A DNA stretch of 64,000 nt from an uncultured delta proteobacterium (lineage in GTDB: Bacteria > Desulfobacterota > Binatia > UBA9968), in assembly GCA_963728565.1 (NCBI GenBank), contig CAVSLC010000013.1, forward strand, positions 224,001-288,000, given 5' to 3'. Both the position numbers and the translations under genes were made by a program. The notes under the pieces are model-generated. The model worked only from the letters and a program-made list of their open reading frames with translations, was not told the origin of the DNA and searched no databases. Shown here piece by piece: positions 11,480 through 21,609 of the stretch (positions are counted from its first letter, which is position 1; the number at the start of each line of letters is the position of its first letter).

Positions 11480-11668
11480 ATGCACTATTTCATAACAAAA
11501 CTACAGAGCGAGCGCGGTCAGGGGTTGATGGAATATACGTTAATCGTGTTTCTCGTTACTTTGGTTTTTTGGGGCGGAATGAGGGCCACTAACATAGGCG
11601 ATGAACTAGCGGGGAGCTGGAGTAAAGTCATTGAATGTGTAAGCGCTCCGTTCTCCTGTGGGTCCTAA
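11480..11668 (+). CDS. Flp/type IVb pilin-like small protein
   Basis: ERG-QGLMEY prepilin cleavage/Flp motif followed by a hydrophobic helix; GGAG Shine-Dalgarno upstream. Confidence 0.72.
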   Translation: MHYFITKLQSERGQGLMEYTLIVFLVTLVFWGGMRATNIGDELAGSWSKVIECVSAPFSCGS

Positions 11669-11704
11669 CCTCGGACGATCTAACGTTTTCGACCACGTAA
11701 TCTC

Positions 11705-12271
11705 ATGTCACAGCCGCCGATTTGTTACGAGCACATCCTTCGAGCTATCGGACAGGGGCTTGAGTCGCTATCGTTGCAAGCGTTCGATTTGGAAGTAACT
11801 GGAGATACTTTTTCAATCCGAGGGATTCCGACCGGACAAGAATCTGAGAAGTTACCCTTCACAAAGCTTCAAGCGTTCAAGAAGACCTTCCTCGACATCT
11901 GCAACACATCGAAAACACCCCGGCGAACCGCAACTCCTACCGTAAAAGTCCCCGGCCCTTCTCGCCTGCTGCGGCTGGATTTTACCCAAGCCGACATCGA
12001 TAAACTCGAACGAGAGGGGCAGGCGCTTCGATCAGATTGGGAGCGCAGCCCGCTATCACATAGCTTGCCACAGATCTTACGAACTGTCGGTTGGTATGTA
12101 GACCACAAGAAGGGCCAGATACATAAAATCTCACGGAATAATGACACACTGACCGTGTCTTATACCGGATTGTTCGGTACACAGAAACTCGAAACGCTTA
12201 CACTGGTGGAAATATACGACATGTGGGTTCATCTCTATAAGCAACGAAAAGAACATTTTCAGATAGGCTGA
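11705..12271 (+). CDS. Hypothetical protein
   Basis: 188-aa ORF with an internal repeat (ILRAIGQGL / ILRTVGWYV), followed by a terminator; no family recognised. Confidence 0.65.
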   Translation: MSQPPICYEHILRAIGQGLESLSLQAFDLEVTGDTFSIRGIPTGQESEKLPFTKLQAFKKTFLDICNTSKTPRRTATPTVKVPGPSRLLRLDFTQADIDKLEREGQALRSDWERSPLSHSLPQILRTVGWYVDHKKGQIHKISRNNDTLTVSYTGLFGTQKLETLTLVEIYDMWVHLYKQRKEHFQIG

Positions 12272-12333
12272 GAACCTCGACTCAATTCACGGCGAATCTT
12301 CTACTACAATCGACGAGCTTGCACGATACGCTG

Positions 12334-12367
12334 GCCCACTTGACTGCGAATCAAGTGGGCTCATTTT
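12334..12367 (+). terminator. Rho-independent terminator
   Basis: GCCCACTTGA-ctgcgaa-TCAAGTGGGC perfect 10-bp stem followed by TCATTTT. Confidence 0.65.
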
Positions 12368-13251
12368 AACTACACGTCATTGGGGTTTTTTCACGGGCCG
12401 TGCTCGTCTTGTGCGTAAGAAGATCACTGCCGGAATATCAAGAGAAGAACTATTGCCAGGCAAATACAAGAATCAGGAATGGGAGAAAAGACGACGCGAT
12501 TTCACTCTGGTTGAAAAACTAGCGAGAAAACACGCGGCGATTTGGAATTTATAGAAGAGTATGTGCTTGACCGAATTTACGAAACAAGGAGATCTCCACA
12601 GAAGACCAGGATTAGGACCAAGTGACAATTATCCCACTATCCATTCTGCCAAAGGTACCGAACGGAAAGTTGTTATGTCTTAAATGTCTTGCCACAGGCT
12701 ATGCTTCGAGCTACGCAACTTGACATGTCAATCGAACCGAGGAGGAGCGAAGGGTTTTAAATGTTGCTCTTACCCGTGCGAAGCATGATTTGATCATAAC
12801 GCACCATACTCCGACCGGAAGCGGAGGTTTTGCTTTATGGGCGCATTCAGAAATCGCCGCAGAACGAGCCCGGCGAGACCTATTTTCTCAACTCACTTCC
12901 GTCAAGTTTGATGGATGAGTATGTTCCTTACCAGTCACCGCCGCCCCTCTCATATTACCCCGGTAAGGCCCATGGAGGCCTCCAGGTCGGCATAAGAATA
13001 GATTGATTCATGGATTCTCAGGGCGGCTTATTAGCGGTTGGACCAGTAACAAAGCTTAGCGCGAAAATTGCCCCTAGAACATCACTGATCTTGGGGCCCG
13101 AATGGATACTGCGATGAGCAGTTTTTTTGATCAAACTATAACTACGCGGGAAAGTTCAATGTCACCTAACAAAGCCGACCAGCGACGCTGTCAAGACTGA
13201 CTCCACCCAAGGTGTCAATGGCATATCAAAGCTGAGATATGCGGAATTACC

Positions 13252-14595
13252 CTAATTCCTGTTGGACGATGAAAGGGCCGTGGTCAGAGTTCGAATGGAA
13301 TCTAGTTCTTGGAGCCCCTGTACAGATCCTATAACCCTACGTTGTTGATTATCAGCGAGAAGCTTCTCAACGGACCTTTTGAACTTCGCCACTGTCTCGT
13401 CCCAGCCTTTTAGATCGCTAGGTGCTGCAATGGACTCTGCTAATCGTTCGCCGCTTTTAAGCACAATCGTCAGCAAAGAAGAATCCGGCAAATGCCGAGT
13501 CGAGTTCATTAGCTCTTGGATCTGCGGGTCTTTCACCCGTTCATCGGTAAAGTCATTCGGTAGAAGTCGACCGTAGGCAAGAATGTGGGCCAAACAAAAC
13601 GGCATACTGAAGCGCCCTTCGAATCCCCGTTGTGGTTTCTGACGCACCAGCGGATACGGTTTAAGATCGGTTTCAATAAGGTCTACATCAGCTGGCTGAA
13701 GCGAATGCTTTGCAGTCAATCTGAGCATCGCTTCAACCGCTGCGTGGCTTGCAGTGCATGATGCGAACGGCTTGATCCTGATCTCGCGCTGGAGCTCGAA
13801 CTCGACGCCTAATTCCGTTCCGAGGCTCATCAATACCTCTTCCGGAACAGGCCCAAGCGCTTCCAGCAGACCGTAGCGTCCTTCTAAAGCAGTGTCATCG
13901 GACGTGAACCCTTCCTTTGCGAGGAGCGCGCAAGTAATTCCGGTCGCGGCAGCATGACCAACTCGAAACGGCTTAGCCATGGTGCCACCATCCCTCGTGA
14001 GGGCGCCACACGACCCAGCCGCTAAACCAATAGCTGCCGAAGTTTGACCGACGTCCAATCCCAGGACTTTACTCGCGGCACAACCAGAGGCGATAGGCCC
14101 CAAGATTCCATTCGAATGCCAGCCCTTAGCACCTGGACCTATGCCGCTCGATCGCTTGGAAAACAACGTGTCGAGTGCTGCGCGGACTTCACGACCAACT
14201 ATAAAGGCTTCGAGTGACTTAGAGCCAGTATTATTGGAACTCTCAGCTGCAGCAATTGAGGCGGCCAGTGAATACGTTGAAGCGTGGTTTCTATCGTCAT
14301 AATCTAAGCCGTGTGCAAGGGTTCCGTTCAACAATGCCGCATCACGCGCACTTGAAACGAGCGAAGTACCCCAGATTACACAAGACCCGGGTGCAGCGTT
14401 TTTCCCGGCAAAACGCACTAGTTTTTCACCTACCTCCTGTGACGCAGCCAAAACCGCTACACCGAAGCAATCTAAAATCGCAATTTTTGCATTATCAAGC
14501 GCCCTCTGCGGGATCTTATCGAGACTGAGGTTCACTGTGAACTCAGCCAGCTTAAGCGATAACCCGGCGAGCATCTGATTACTTTGTTGTTCCAT
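13252..14595 (-). CDS. MmgE/PrpD family protein
   Basis: ILDCFGV, LNGTLAHGLDYDD, GWH, IKPFASC, FSMPFC motifs. Confidence 0.9.
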   Translation of the reverse strand: MEQQSNQMLAGLSLKLAEFTVNLSLDKIPQRALDNAKIAILDCFGVAVLAASQEVGEKLVRFAGKNAAPGSCVIWGTSLVSSARDAALLNGTLAHGLDYDDRNHASTYSLAASIAAAESSNNTGSKSLEAFIVGREVRAALDTLFSKRSSGIGPGAKGWHSNGILGPIASGCAASKVLGLDVGQTSAAIGLAAGSCGALTRDGGTMAKPFRVGHAAATGITCALLAKEGFTSDDTALEGRYGLLEALGPVPEEVLMSLGTELGVEFELQREIRIKPFASCTASHAAVEAMLRLTAKHSLQPADVDLIETDLKPYPLVRQKPQRGFEGRFSMPFCLAHILAYGRLLPNDFTDERVKDPQIQELMNSTRHLPDSSLLTIVLKSGERLAESIAAPSDLKGWDETVAKFKRSVEKLLADNQQRRVIGSVQGLQELDSIRTLTTALSSSNRN

Positions 14596-14658
14596 ATTGG
14601 ACTTCCACTGAATTGGATTTACACTGACCGCGAAGATCCCTTTGTGACGCACTCTTAC

Positions 14659-15714
14659 CTAGGTCGGCCCTAAGAGCTTTTTTAGCCGCACCTTTGCTTC
14701 TTCCGAAATGTCCAGGATCTGCTTGACTGTTCGTTGCACCTTATCGCCAGGGAGCGGTTCGTCGTCAGTAAATCCCGCTTTCTTTGAATCAGCAATATAC
14801 TCAGGATCGTGAACGGTGTCCCAAAAGCTTTTGCGCAATATTTTGGTGATATGATCTGGAAGGCCCGGGGGCCCCAGCATGGGGTAGGCGTTCTCATACG
14901 TGAAACTGATGCTTTCGGCCACCGCGCGCCATGAGGCATCTGGGGCAAGCTCAACCAATGTAGGTACATCGGGCAATTCACGGATGCGCTTTTCGGCTAT
15001 TTGAACGATCACGGCGGCAAACGGCTTGCTGCTTCCTAGTTCTTTGAACCAGTTGGCGTGTCTTGCTCTGGCGGAACTCCAGATAAGACCGCATCTCATA
15101 TCCGCTTCGCCCCGTTCTATCGCGAGATCTATAGCCGACCCGCCGGCATAGCCCGCCACCACGTCTAGATTCAGGCCGGTAAATTCTTTAACCAATAACG
15201 CTGCGACCGCCCCAATACTTGAGCCTCCGGACTCTGCGTTGCGCAGCGGCGCTTTAGCCGAGCGTTTGACGGCTTCCTGAAGAGTAGTGCCAGCTCGGTC
15301 GATCCTGACCGCGCAAATCGCATCTCCGGTTGTCAGATTTCCGATCCAGTTGAACCTATCTGCTTTGTACTTAACTCCAGGATCTCCAATCGCTTCCTGA
15401 AGCTCAGTACCCCTGACTATCTGTGCAATGGTTAACCCGTCAGGCTTAACCAGGTTGTAGAGGTGGTTCCTCGCCCTGAGACCCCCAGCGCCGGGCATGT
15501 TCTCAACGATCACGTTCGGTGTTCCGGGCAAATACTTCGGTGCATGCCTCGCAAAGATTCTTGTCTTGAGATCATTACCGGCGCCGGGGCCCGAGCCAAC
15601 GAGGATTTGCAGGGTTTTACCCTTATAGAAGGCGTCTGTCTGGGCAAAAACTGAATCAGCGCTAATAAGAGCTCCGACGAGTAATGCAGTAAAGATGCTT
15701 CTAAACCGTTTCAT
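14659..15714 (-). CDS. Bug/TctC-type tripartite tricarboxylate transporter substrate-binding protein
   Basis: Signal peptide; FYKGKT, VENMPGAGG, AIERGE, LPDVPTL. Confidence 0.88.
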   Translation of the reverse strand: MKRFRSIFTALLVGALISADSVFAQTDAFYKGKTLQILVGSGPGAGNDLKTRIFARHAPKYLPGTPNVIVENMPGAGGLRARNHLYNLVKPDGLTIAQIVRGTELQEAIGDPGVKYKADRFNWIGNLTTGDAICAVRIDRAGTTLQEAVKRSAKAPLRNAESGGSSIGAVAALLVKEFTGLNLDVVAGYAGGSAIDLAIERGEADMRCGLIWSSARARHANWFKELGSSKPFAAVIVQIAEKRIRELPDVPTLVELAPDASWRAVAESISFTYENAYPMLGPPGLPDHITKILRKSFWDTVHDPEYIADSKKAGFTDDEPLPGDKVQRTVKQILDISEEAKVRLKKLLGPT

Positions 15715-15736
15715 AGCGCGTTCCGAAGACTACGAG

Positions 15737-16882
15737 TTATTCGACGCCGTAAAACTTTGCAGCGTTTTTCCAGGTGAGTTTTTCTTTCATCTCCTGTGAT
15801 ACACCCCGTAACTGAGCTTTGATGATGTCTTTGGAGTGCGGCCAAGTCGCACCTCCATGAGGATAGTCACTAGCCCACATTACGTTTTCGACAAGATTGA
15901 GAGCCTCCGAACCGAGAACGCCTACTCGGTCATCCTGAAAGGTTATATAAACCTGTCTTCTAATGGATTCGCTTGGTAACGCCTCAATGGTTGGCGACTC
16001 GGGAGCCTCTGAGCGTGCTCTGGTTACCGAACCATCCATTTTCGTAAAAAACGGAAAGAGCCAAGACAGTTCGTACTCAGCGAAAACGAATCGAAGCTTT
16101 GGAAACCTGTTTAATACTCCGCCAAAGACCAAGTCAGTGAGCAATGCCAGTGGCTCGAGTATTCCACGCCTTACTGCGTTTCGTCCCTGCTGAAGTTTGG
16201 TGATAACTTTCAGACGAGCGGCCATTCTATCCCTGCCCTGCAAAATGTTGACGTGAAAGTGAACTGGGGTATTCAAGTCCTGTGCAGCTGCCCATAAAGG
16301 ATCAAATTCAGGATCCGAATAACTCATCCCATCCGGGAGACCTGACGGTAGCACAACACCTTTGTGCCCGAGCTTCAGGCAACGTTTCATCTCGTCGATA
16401 GACCATTGGATGTCGAGAGCAGACAAAAGCCCCAGACCGATAAGCCTATCCGGGGCCGCCAAGCAATAGTCGCGCATCCACTCGTTGTAGGAGCGAAGCC
16501 CCGCTTGCTGAAGCGGCACCTCATCGCCCTTTAAGCTGTAGAAATTCCGGGCCATGCTCGGATAAAGGACCTCGATTCTGACTCCGTCGAGGTCCATATC
16601 GCTTAATCTCGCTAATGGGTCCCAAGGTCCGCGCCAATCCTCCCATTTAAAATTCTCGATCATTTTACGAACGCCGCCGGCTTCTTTCTGAACGCCCGCT
16701 GTAAATGTCATGCCCACCGGATCGGGCTCATGGCCATCGAAAACCATATACAGGCCTTTTCGGCCTGCTGGATCCTGAACGAAATGTGGGCCGTGTGTTC
16801 GCAGCTGTTTTGGAATACGTTCCCACGCCTCTGGCGGTTCATTGACGTGCGAGTCCGCCGAGAAGTATGTGATCTCATTCAT
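15737..16882 (-). CDS. Amidohydrolase_2 family metal-dependent hydrolase/decarboxylase
   Basis: SADSHV, VHFH, FPKLRFVFAE, WASDYPH motifs. Confidence 0.9.
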   Translation of the reverse strand: MNEITYFSADSHVNEPPEAWERIPKQLRTHGPHFVQDPAGRKGLYMVFDGHEPDPVGMTFTAGVQKEAGGVRKMIENFKWEDWRGPWDPLARLSDMDLDGVRIEVLYPSMARNFYSLKGDEVPLQQAGLRSYNEWMRDYCLAAPDRLIGLGLLSALDIQWSIDEMKRCLKLGHKGVVLPSGLPDGMSYSDPEFDPLWAAAQDLNTPVHFHVNILQGRDRMAARLKVITKLQQGRNAVRRGILEPLALLTDLVFGGVLNRFPKLRFVFAEYELSWLFPFFTKMDGSVTRARSEAPESPTIEALPSESIRRQVYITFQDDRVGVLGSEALNLVENVMWASDYPHGGATWPHSKDIIKAQLRGVSQEMKEKLTWKNAAKFYGVE

Positions 16883-16943
16883 GGTGATGCCTCCTTACTG
16901 CTTGATGACAATTAAACAGATCTTTAAGCCTCGGCAGATAACT

Positions 16944-16994
16944 GCTTGCAAATATTTTTTCAGAGCGGTATCAAAATGAAAATTTGCTGTCAAG
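16944..16994. promoter_or_regulatory. Divergent promoter region with an imperfect inverted repeat, candidate RpiR operator
   Basis: GCAAATATTTTTTCA ... TGAAAATTTGC between the divergent amidohydrolase and RpiR genes. Confidence 0.35.
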
Positions 16995-17024
16995 CCATAA
17001 TTGAGCGACTAGCGTCTAATCGCA

Positions 17025-17889
17025 ATGCGAAAAAGCTACTTGGATCTGATCGACAAAATTCAGGACCGTTATACCAGCCTCAGCAAGAACCACCGCAAGG
17101 TGGCCGACTATATTGCAACCGATGGCATGGCAGCATCCTTTGATTCCATCACCGAGTTATCGCAGAAAGTAGGCGTCAGTGAAGCATCACTGGTGAGGTT
17201 TGCCAAAAAGTTGGGCTATAAGGGCTACCCCAGTCTCCGCAAGGAGCTTCAAGCCGAATACAAAAAGACCTCCGGGACTGCCTCTAGACTACGGGATGCA
17301 GTCACAAGCGTCGGCGAGCGAAGCTTTCCCGAATCAATGTTTCAACATGACATAGACTTGATCAAGGAGACGCAATTTGAGCTTAACGAAGGCCTCAGTT
17401 ACTCAAGCGGTCAGAATGATTGTCGGTGCCAAAAAGATCTTTATCATCGGTTTTCGCGCGGCTTTCGCATTAGCCTACTTTTTACAGTTCCGCTTGCTAC
17501 GTATTGGTTTGGATGCTCGCCTGATTACAGTTACAGGCGGCACATCTCTTGTCGAGCACTTGGCGCAGCTTAGGAAAGGCGACCTTGTCATAGCTTTGGG
17601 TTTTGACGAGACGCCAAAAGAAACAAGGATCACGATTGATTTCGCCATACAGCAGCAGATTCCGGTGTTAGGCATAAGTCACACGCCGACTTCCGAGATC
17701 GCCCGGTCATCGACGCTCTGCCTACTAGGGCGCCGCCAGCCACATAAAACTCAGTCTCTCGCCGCTTCGATGTCACTGCTGAACGTCCTGGCAATTGCTG
17801 TGGCGGCTCGGAACAAACGCCAAGCTCTTCGTCAGCTACAAAGGCTAGATACAATTGAGCAGCAGTATTTGAAGGAAGCAAAAACGTAG
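17025..17889 (+). CDS. MurR/RpiR-family transcriptional regulator (HTH + SIS), frameshift near 17390
   Basis: SITELSQKVGVSEASLVRFAKKLGYKGY HTH in ORF 17025-17573; SIS domain in ORF 17377-17889. Confidence 0.87.
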
Positions 17890-18389
17890 AAAATCTGTTC
17901 ACACGAGAACCGCCCGCTCGCCTCAGCCACCGCCTCGCCATCACTGCGCCCAAGGCCGTCACGATTAGAATAGGCACCAATCAAACGAGCCCCAATTCAC
18001 GGAGCAGGTAACCCTCAGTAAAGCCGATGACATTAAAAGGCGAGCACAACAGCGTTAGCTTTAGCTGGTGTGACAAGCCTAAGTAGCTCGTTTGTATTTC
18101 CGAGCTTGGATCTGGGCTTTCATCAACGATATTCAGCTTTCGACGTGAGAGTACACGCCGAGATGATTTGGGGTTGGCACCGTCACGTCCGATGAGCTTT
18201 TGACTCCCCCTACTTCTCCGACTTCTTTTTCGTTTTCTTGAGATATTCCTGAACAAGAGTGTGAATGAGATCGCTTGCCGGTGCGATTGGCTCACCTGCC
18301 TCTTCTTTTTAACGTGGTCTTGAAGCTGCTCCCAGAGATTCGGCTTTCAAGTCCAATTCCTAGGAGGACCCGGGAAATTCCAGAAGGCT

Positions 18390-18570
18390 CTTCCTGCTTC
18401 TCTTCTCAACAGGCGGTGAACGTGGCGCGGGCAATCAACGAAACACTTGACGCCGACAAGGAACATTTAGTGCTCTTAGTTCTAAACAACAAGAGTCGCG
18501 CAAATGGCTTCAAATTTTTTCGACCGGAACGCTCGACGCCTCATTGGTTCATCGTAGATGCGGCGTAATG
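18390..18570 (+). pseudogene. RadC/JAB-domain remnant
   Basis: DADKEHLVLLVLNNK then, after a frameshift, GTLDASLVHRR, matching the RadC E...GTLxxSLVHPR pattern. Confidence 0.6.
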
Positions 18571-18689
18571 ATGTTCGGTAGCTATTCTGGAAGCGCTTTG
18601 TAATAGTCTTTTTTAGTTTCCGGTGGCCCCTTGGGTTGTGCCGCTGATTGTGTGCATCGACCTGCGCACCGTGTTCGTACTCACCGGCT

Positions 18690-18900
18690 TCTCTATGAAG
18701 TCCCAATGATCGCCGTAGCTTCTTATATCGTTCTAGAAAAAATCTGTTATTTGGATCGGCATCTATGGCGCGCCGAAAATACTCCTCGGCTCTAATATCT
18801 TTCCGGACCTTTTCAAGAAAAGGCGTAGTTGACGAGAGCGTCTTCGTTATTTGGATCGGCACCCAGGATGAAAACAGAAGGGAGCTTGGTGCGTTGCGTG
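18690..18900 (-). pseudogene. TPR-protein fragment
   Basis: ADPNNEDALVNYA and AEEYFRRAIDADPNN in different frames; repeated TTATTTGGATCGGCA near 18748 and 18847. Confidence 0.5.
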
Positions 18901-19152
18901 TCCTGGTTGAGAAACTCTGTAAGGAACCCGGCTTCCGTGGATGACCGGTTTTTCGTAAAGTATGGTGTCCTCAGTTCTCATGTCCTGGTTTCCATAATTT
19001 ATCGATGCACGTTCTTATGGTGAAATGGATCCAACCATCCAAGTAGCTGAAATGCAATTAGGCAAAAATTCGCATCTTGAAATCGCAAATATCAAGAAGT
19101 TCCGAATTCGGAGACGACGGATTACGATAAGTCTCTGTGATGTTTTGAATTC

Positions 19153-19244
19153 TGGCGGAGAGGGTGGGATTTGAACCCACGTTACCCTTTCGGGTAAACT
19201 TGATTTCGAGTCAAGCGCCTTCAGCCGGGCTCGGCCACCTCTCC
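19153..19244 (-). tRNA. tRNA-Ser(CGA)
   Basis: GGAGAGG acceptor stem, anticodon loop CT-CGA-AA, long variable arm, GGTTCAAATCC T-loop, encoded CCA. Confidence 0.96.
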
Positions 19245-19738
19245 AATCTTGTGATTCGTTTTTGTTCTCGCAGAGAACTAAAGAATTCCGCCAAAACAGT
19301 AGCACACTCTTCTGCCAGGACTCCAGCCGTATGCGAGACTTGGTGGTTAAGTCGCCGATCATCGCACAGGCGATAGAGCGATATAACAGCGCCCGCCTTC
19401 GGATCTAAACATCCGAATATAAGCCGCCGCAAGCGTCCCTGCAGGACGGCGCCTGCACACATGATGCAGGGTTCTAAGGTGACATAGAGATCGCACTCTG
19501 TAAGCCGCCAGTAACCTAGCTTCCGCGCAGCCTCGTCGAGGGCAAGGATTTCCGCATGAGCGATCGGACTTTGCAGTTCTTCTCGACGATTATAACCACG
19601 GCCGACAATCTGATTTTTGTGAACTACAATGGCGCCAACGGGAACTTCTCCCCTTTGACTTGCATGATGGGAAAGCTGCAATGCTAGCTTCATGAAGGAA
19701 ACGTCGCCCGGTAGGACGGTGGTTTCAATTTGATTCAT
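19211..19738 (-). CDS. tadA: tRNA adenosine(34) deaminase TadA
   Basis: GEVPVGA, AHAE, TLEPCIMC, DPKAGA motifs. Confidence 0.94.
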   Translation of the reverse strand: MNQIETTVLPGDVSFMKLALQLSHHASQRGEVPVGAIVVHKNQIVGRGYNRREELQSPIAHAEILALDEAARKLGYWRLTECDLYVTLEPCIMCAGAVLQGRLRRLIFGCLDPKAGAVISLYRLCDDRRLNHQVSHTAGVLAEECATVLAEFFSSLREQKRITRLERWPSPAEGA

Positions 19739-19893
19739 TGGAACTTAAATCCTAGCATACCGATAATCGAGAATAAATTCCGCGATGAACAGCACCGAGC
19801 GAACTTTCAGACCTTCGGCTAAAAAGTTAACTCCGTCCGGTGAGGCTCCGCAATGAGGCTGCGGTTTACCTAGATGCTGGAGATACTGCTAGG

Positions 19894-20712
19894 TTAAGGA
19901 TGCATGTATTCAATGGGCGGTGGTTCGATATCGGTCGTGACATCTTTAACGCCGGGAACTGCTCTCGTGATCCGGACGATTTCCTTTTCCAGATCAGGAT
20001 CGGCCAAAATTCCCGAAATGTTTACGCGTCCAGCATCGCTTGTGACATTAAGAATAACATTGCGCGTCTTCGGCGACGTGATGAGCGCGGCTTGAACTCG
20101 TGCAGCAACCGTGAGATCTTGAAACGCTTTTTCGGATTCTGGAGTGGGCCGATACTCAGGTCTGCGGGCGGCTTCTGCGATCAAGTATGCAGCCATTTCC
20201 ACCGTGATCCGCGAAGTATTTAGAATGAGATCATAGCCGGTGGGATCCTGCCAGTCGATATTGAAAAGCGCCCGCAGGCGGCGACCTCGCACCCGATCCA
20301 GGTCCTTCAAAAACTGCCGCGCACTTTCGCCCCCGAGTCCCCTTTGCGCCTTTACCTGTTCAATCCGGTGGTCCATCGAGGCAACGATAAGCACCTTGAG
20401 AACATGCCTGATTCCTGGAAATAACTCCTGCCCGGCTCGACCGTGATATACGAGATTGCCTGCTTGAGCGACCTCACACATCGCCGCCTGCAAAGTGATC
20501 CGATAAAGCCTCAAACTTTCTAACCACCGCTCCCACCAGTGGCCCTGGGTCTCTAGCACCTCCTCAAACTTTGCCTCCGGTATTCCGTACCTTTGGCTCG
20601 CTTCGATCAAGACCTCTCGGTTTACGGACCGGTAATTCAGTGCCGCTGCGACCTGCTCGGCAATCGCACTTCCACCTGTGAATGCAGCATGAGAAATAGT
20701 AACGATTGCCAT
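19894..20712 (-). CDS. Cytidylate-kinase-like protein fused to a C-terminal BON domain
   Basis: IVTIS...GG N-terminus, VYHGR, YDLILNT; C-terminal VNISG...AVPGVKDV. Confidence 0.82.
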   Translation of the reverse strand: MAIVTISHAAFTGGSAIAEQVAAALNYRSVNREVLIEASQRYGIPEAKFEEVLETQGHWWERWLESLRLYRITLQAAMCEVAQAGNLVYHGRAGQELFPGIRHVLKVLIVASMDHRIEQVKAQRGLGGESARQFLKDLDRVRGRRLRALFNIDWQDPTGYDLILNTSRITVEMAAYLIAEAARRPEYRPTPESEKAFQDLTVAARVQAALITSPKTRNVILNVTSDAGRVNISGILADPDLEKEIVRITRAVPGVKDVTTDIEPPPIEYMHP

Positions 20713-21228
20713 TGACCTCTAGCCTCCTTCCCACACGGTCCGGAATGCATGAACCAGCTATGGTAATCAAATATATCTAGATCGTACGGCCCCCTTTGGC
20801 CGAACCAAACAGGCGGCATTCTCCCACTCCTCTAACTAAGTAGTCAAGGCCATTTTAGATCTCTGCGGTAGCAGCAAAACACTTGTGGCCCCCTGCTGGG
20901 ACGCGAAGACTCAAATTTTCGCCATCTTTGCAGACCCCGGCAGACTCTTCCAGCCTTAAAGCGAGGGAGAGAACAGGCAACCTCTCAGGCCGTAAACAGC
21001 CAGTACGACATGATCTGATGAAGTGTGATTGTCTTAGCGACGAGGACACGGCGATCCAATAGAGCCAAGTCAGAAGGTCTGTTTCATCTACAGCGCAGAA
21101 CAAGTGAGAAACGCAGCCATTCTCGCCCTCTCCGTTGGAACACGGACACCAGCGCTCGAGGTTGCGGAGCCAGGTCAGTCAAAGATGAGGTTCAGGGAAG
21201 CCAGACTTCCACCGCGATCCCCATTGGC

Positions 21229-21609
21229 TTACACTTTGGTGAGCTTTCGTAGCTGTGTCAGCAGATCGAGAGCTCTGATAGGCTTCTGGATAAAACCATC
21301 ACATCCGCTATCTAAGCACCTGACCTTTATGTATGGAAACGCGCTAATCGCAATGATCGATGTTCCTGCTCTCATTGGATTTTCTCGGAGCGCCTTGACA
21401 ACATCGATCCCTTCCATATCAGACAATTCAATCTCGAGGAGTACGACGTCCGGAGCATGCTCTTTTGTGCTCTTTATGGCGCCCGCTCCAGTTCGAGCAA
21501 GTAAAATTGCGTAACCGGCTATAGTTAAGTGTTTCGTAAGGTAAGCGATCTCTTTTGGTTGCTTGCTGACTACGAGAACTGTCTTTGATTATGCGGACGC
21601 CACGTTCAT
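21229..21609 (-). pseudogene. Single-domain receiver protein with an in-frame TAA at codon 7 and Glu at the phospho-acceptor site
   Basis: MNVASA*SKTVLVVS...PDVVLLEIELSDMEG...GCDGFIQKP. Confidence 0.6.
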
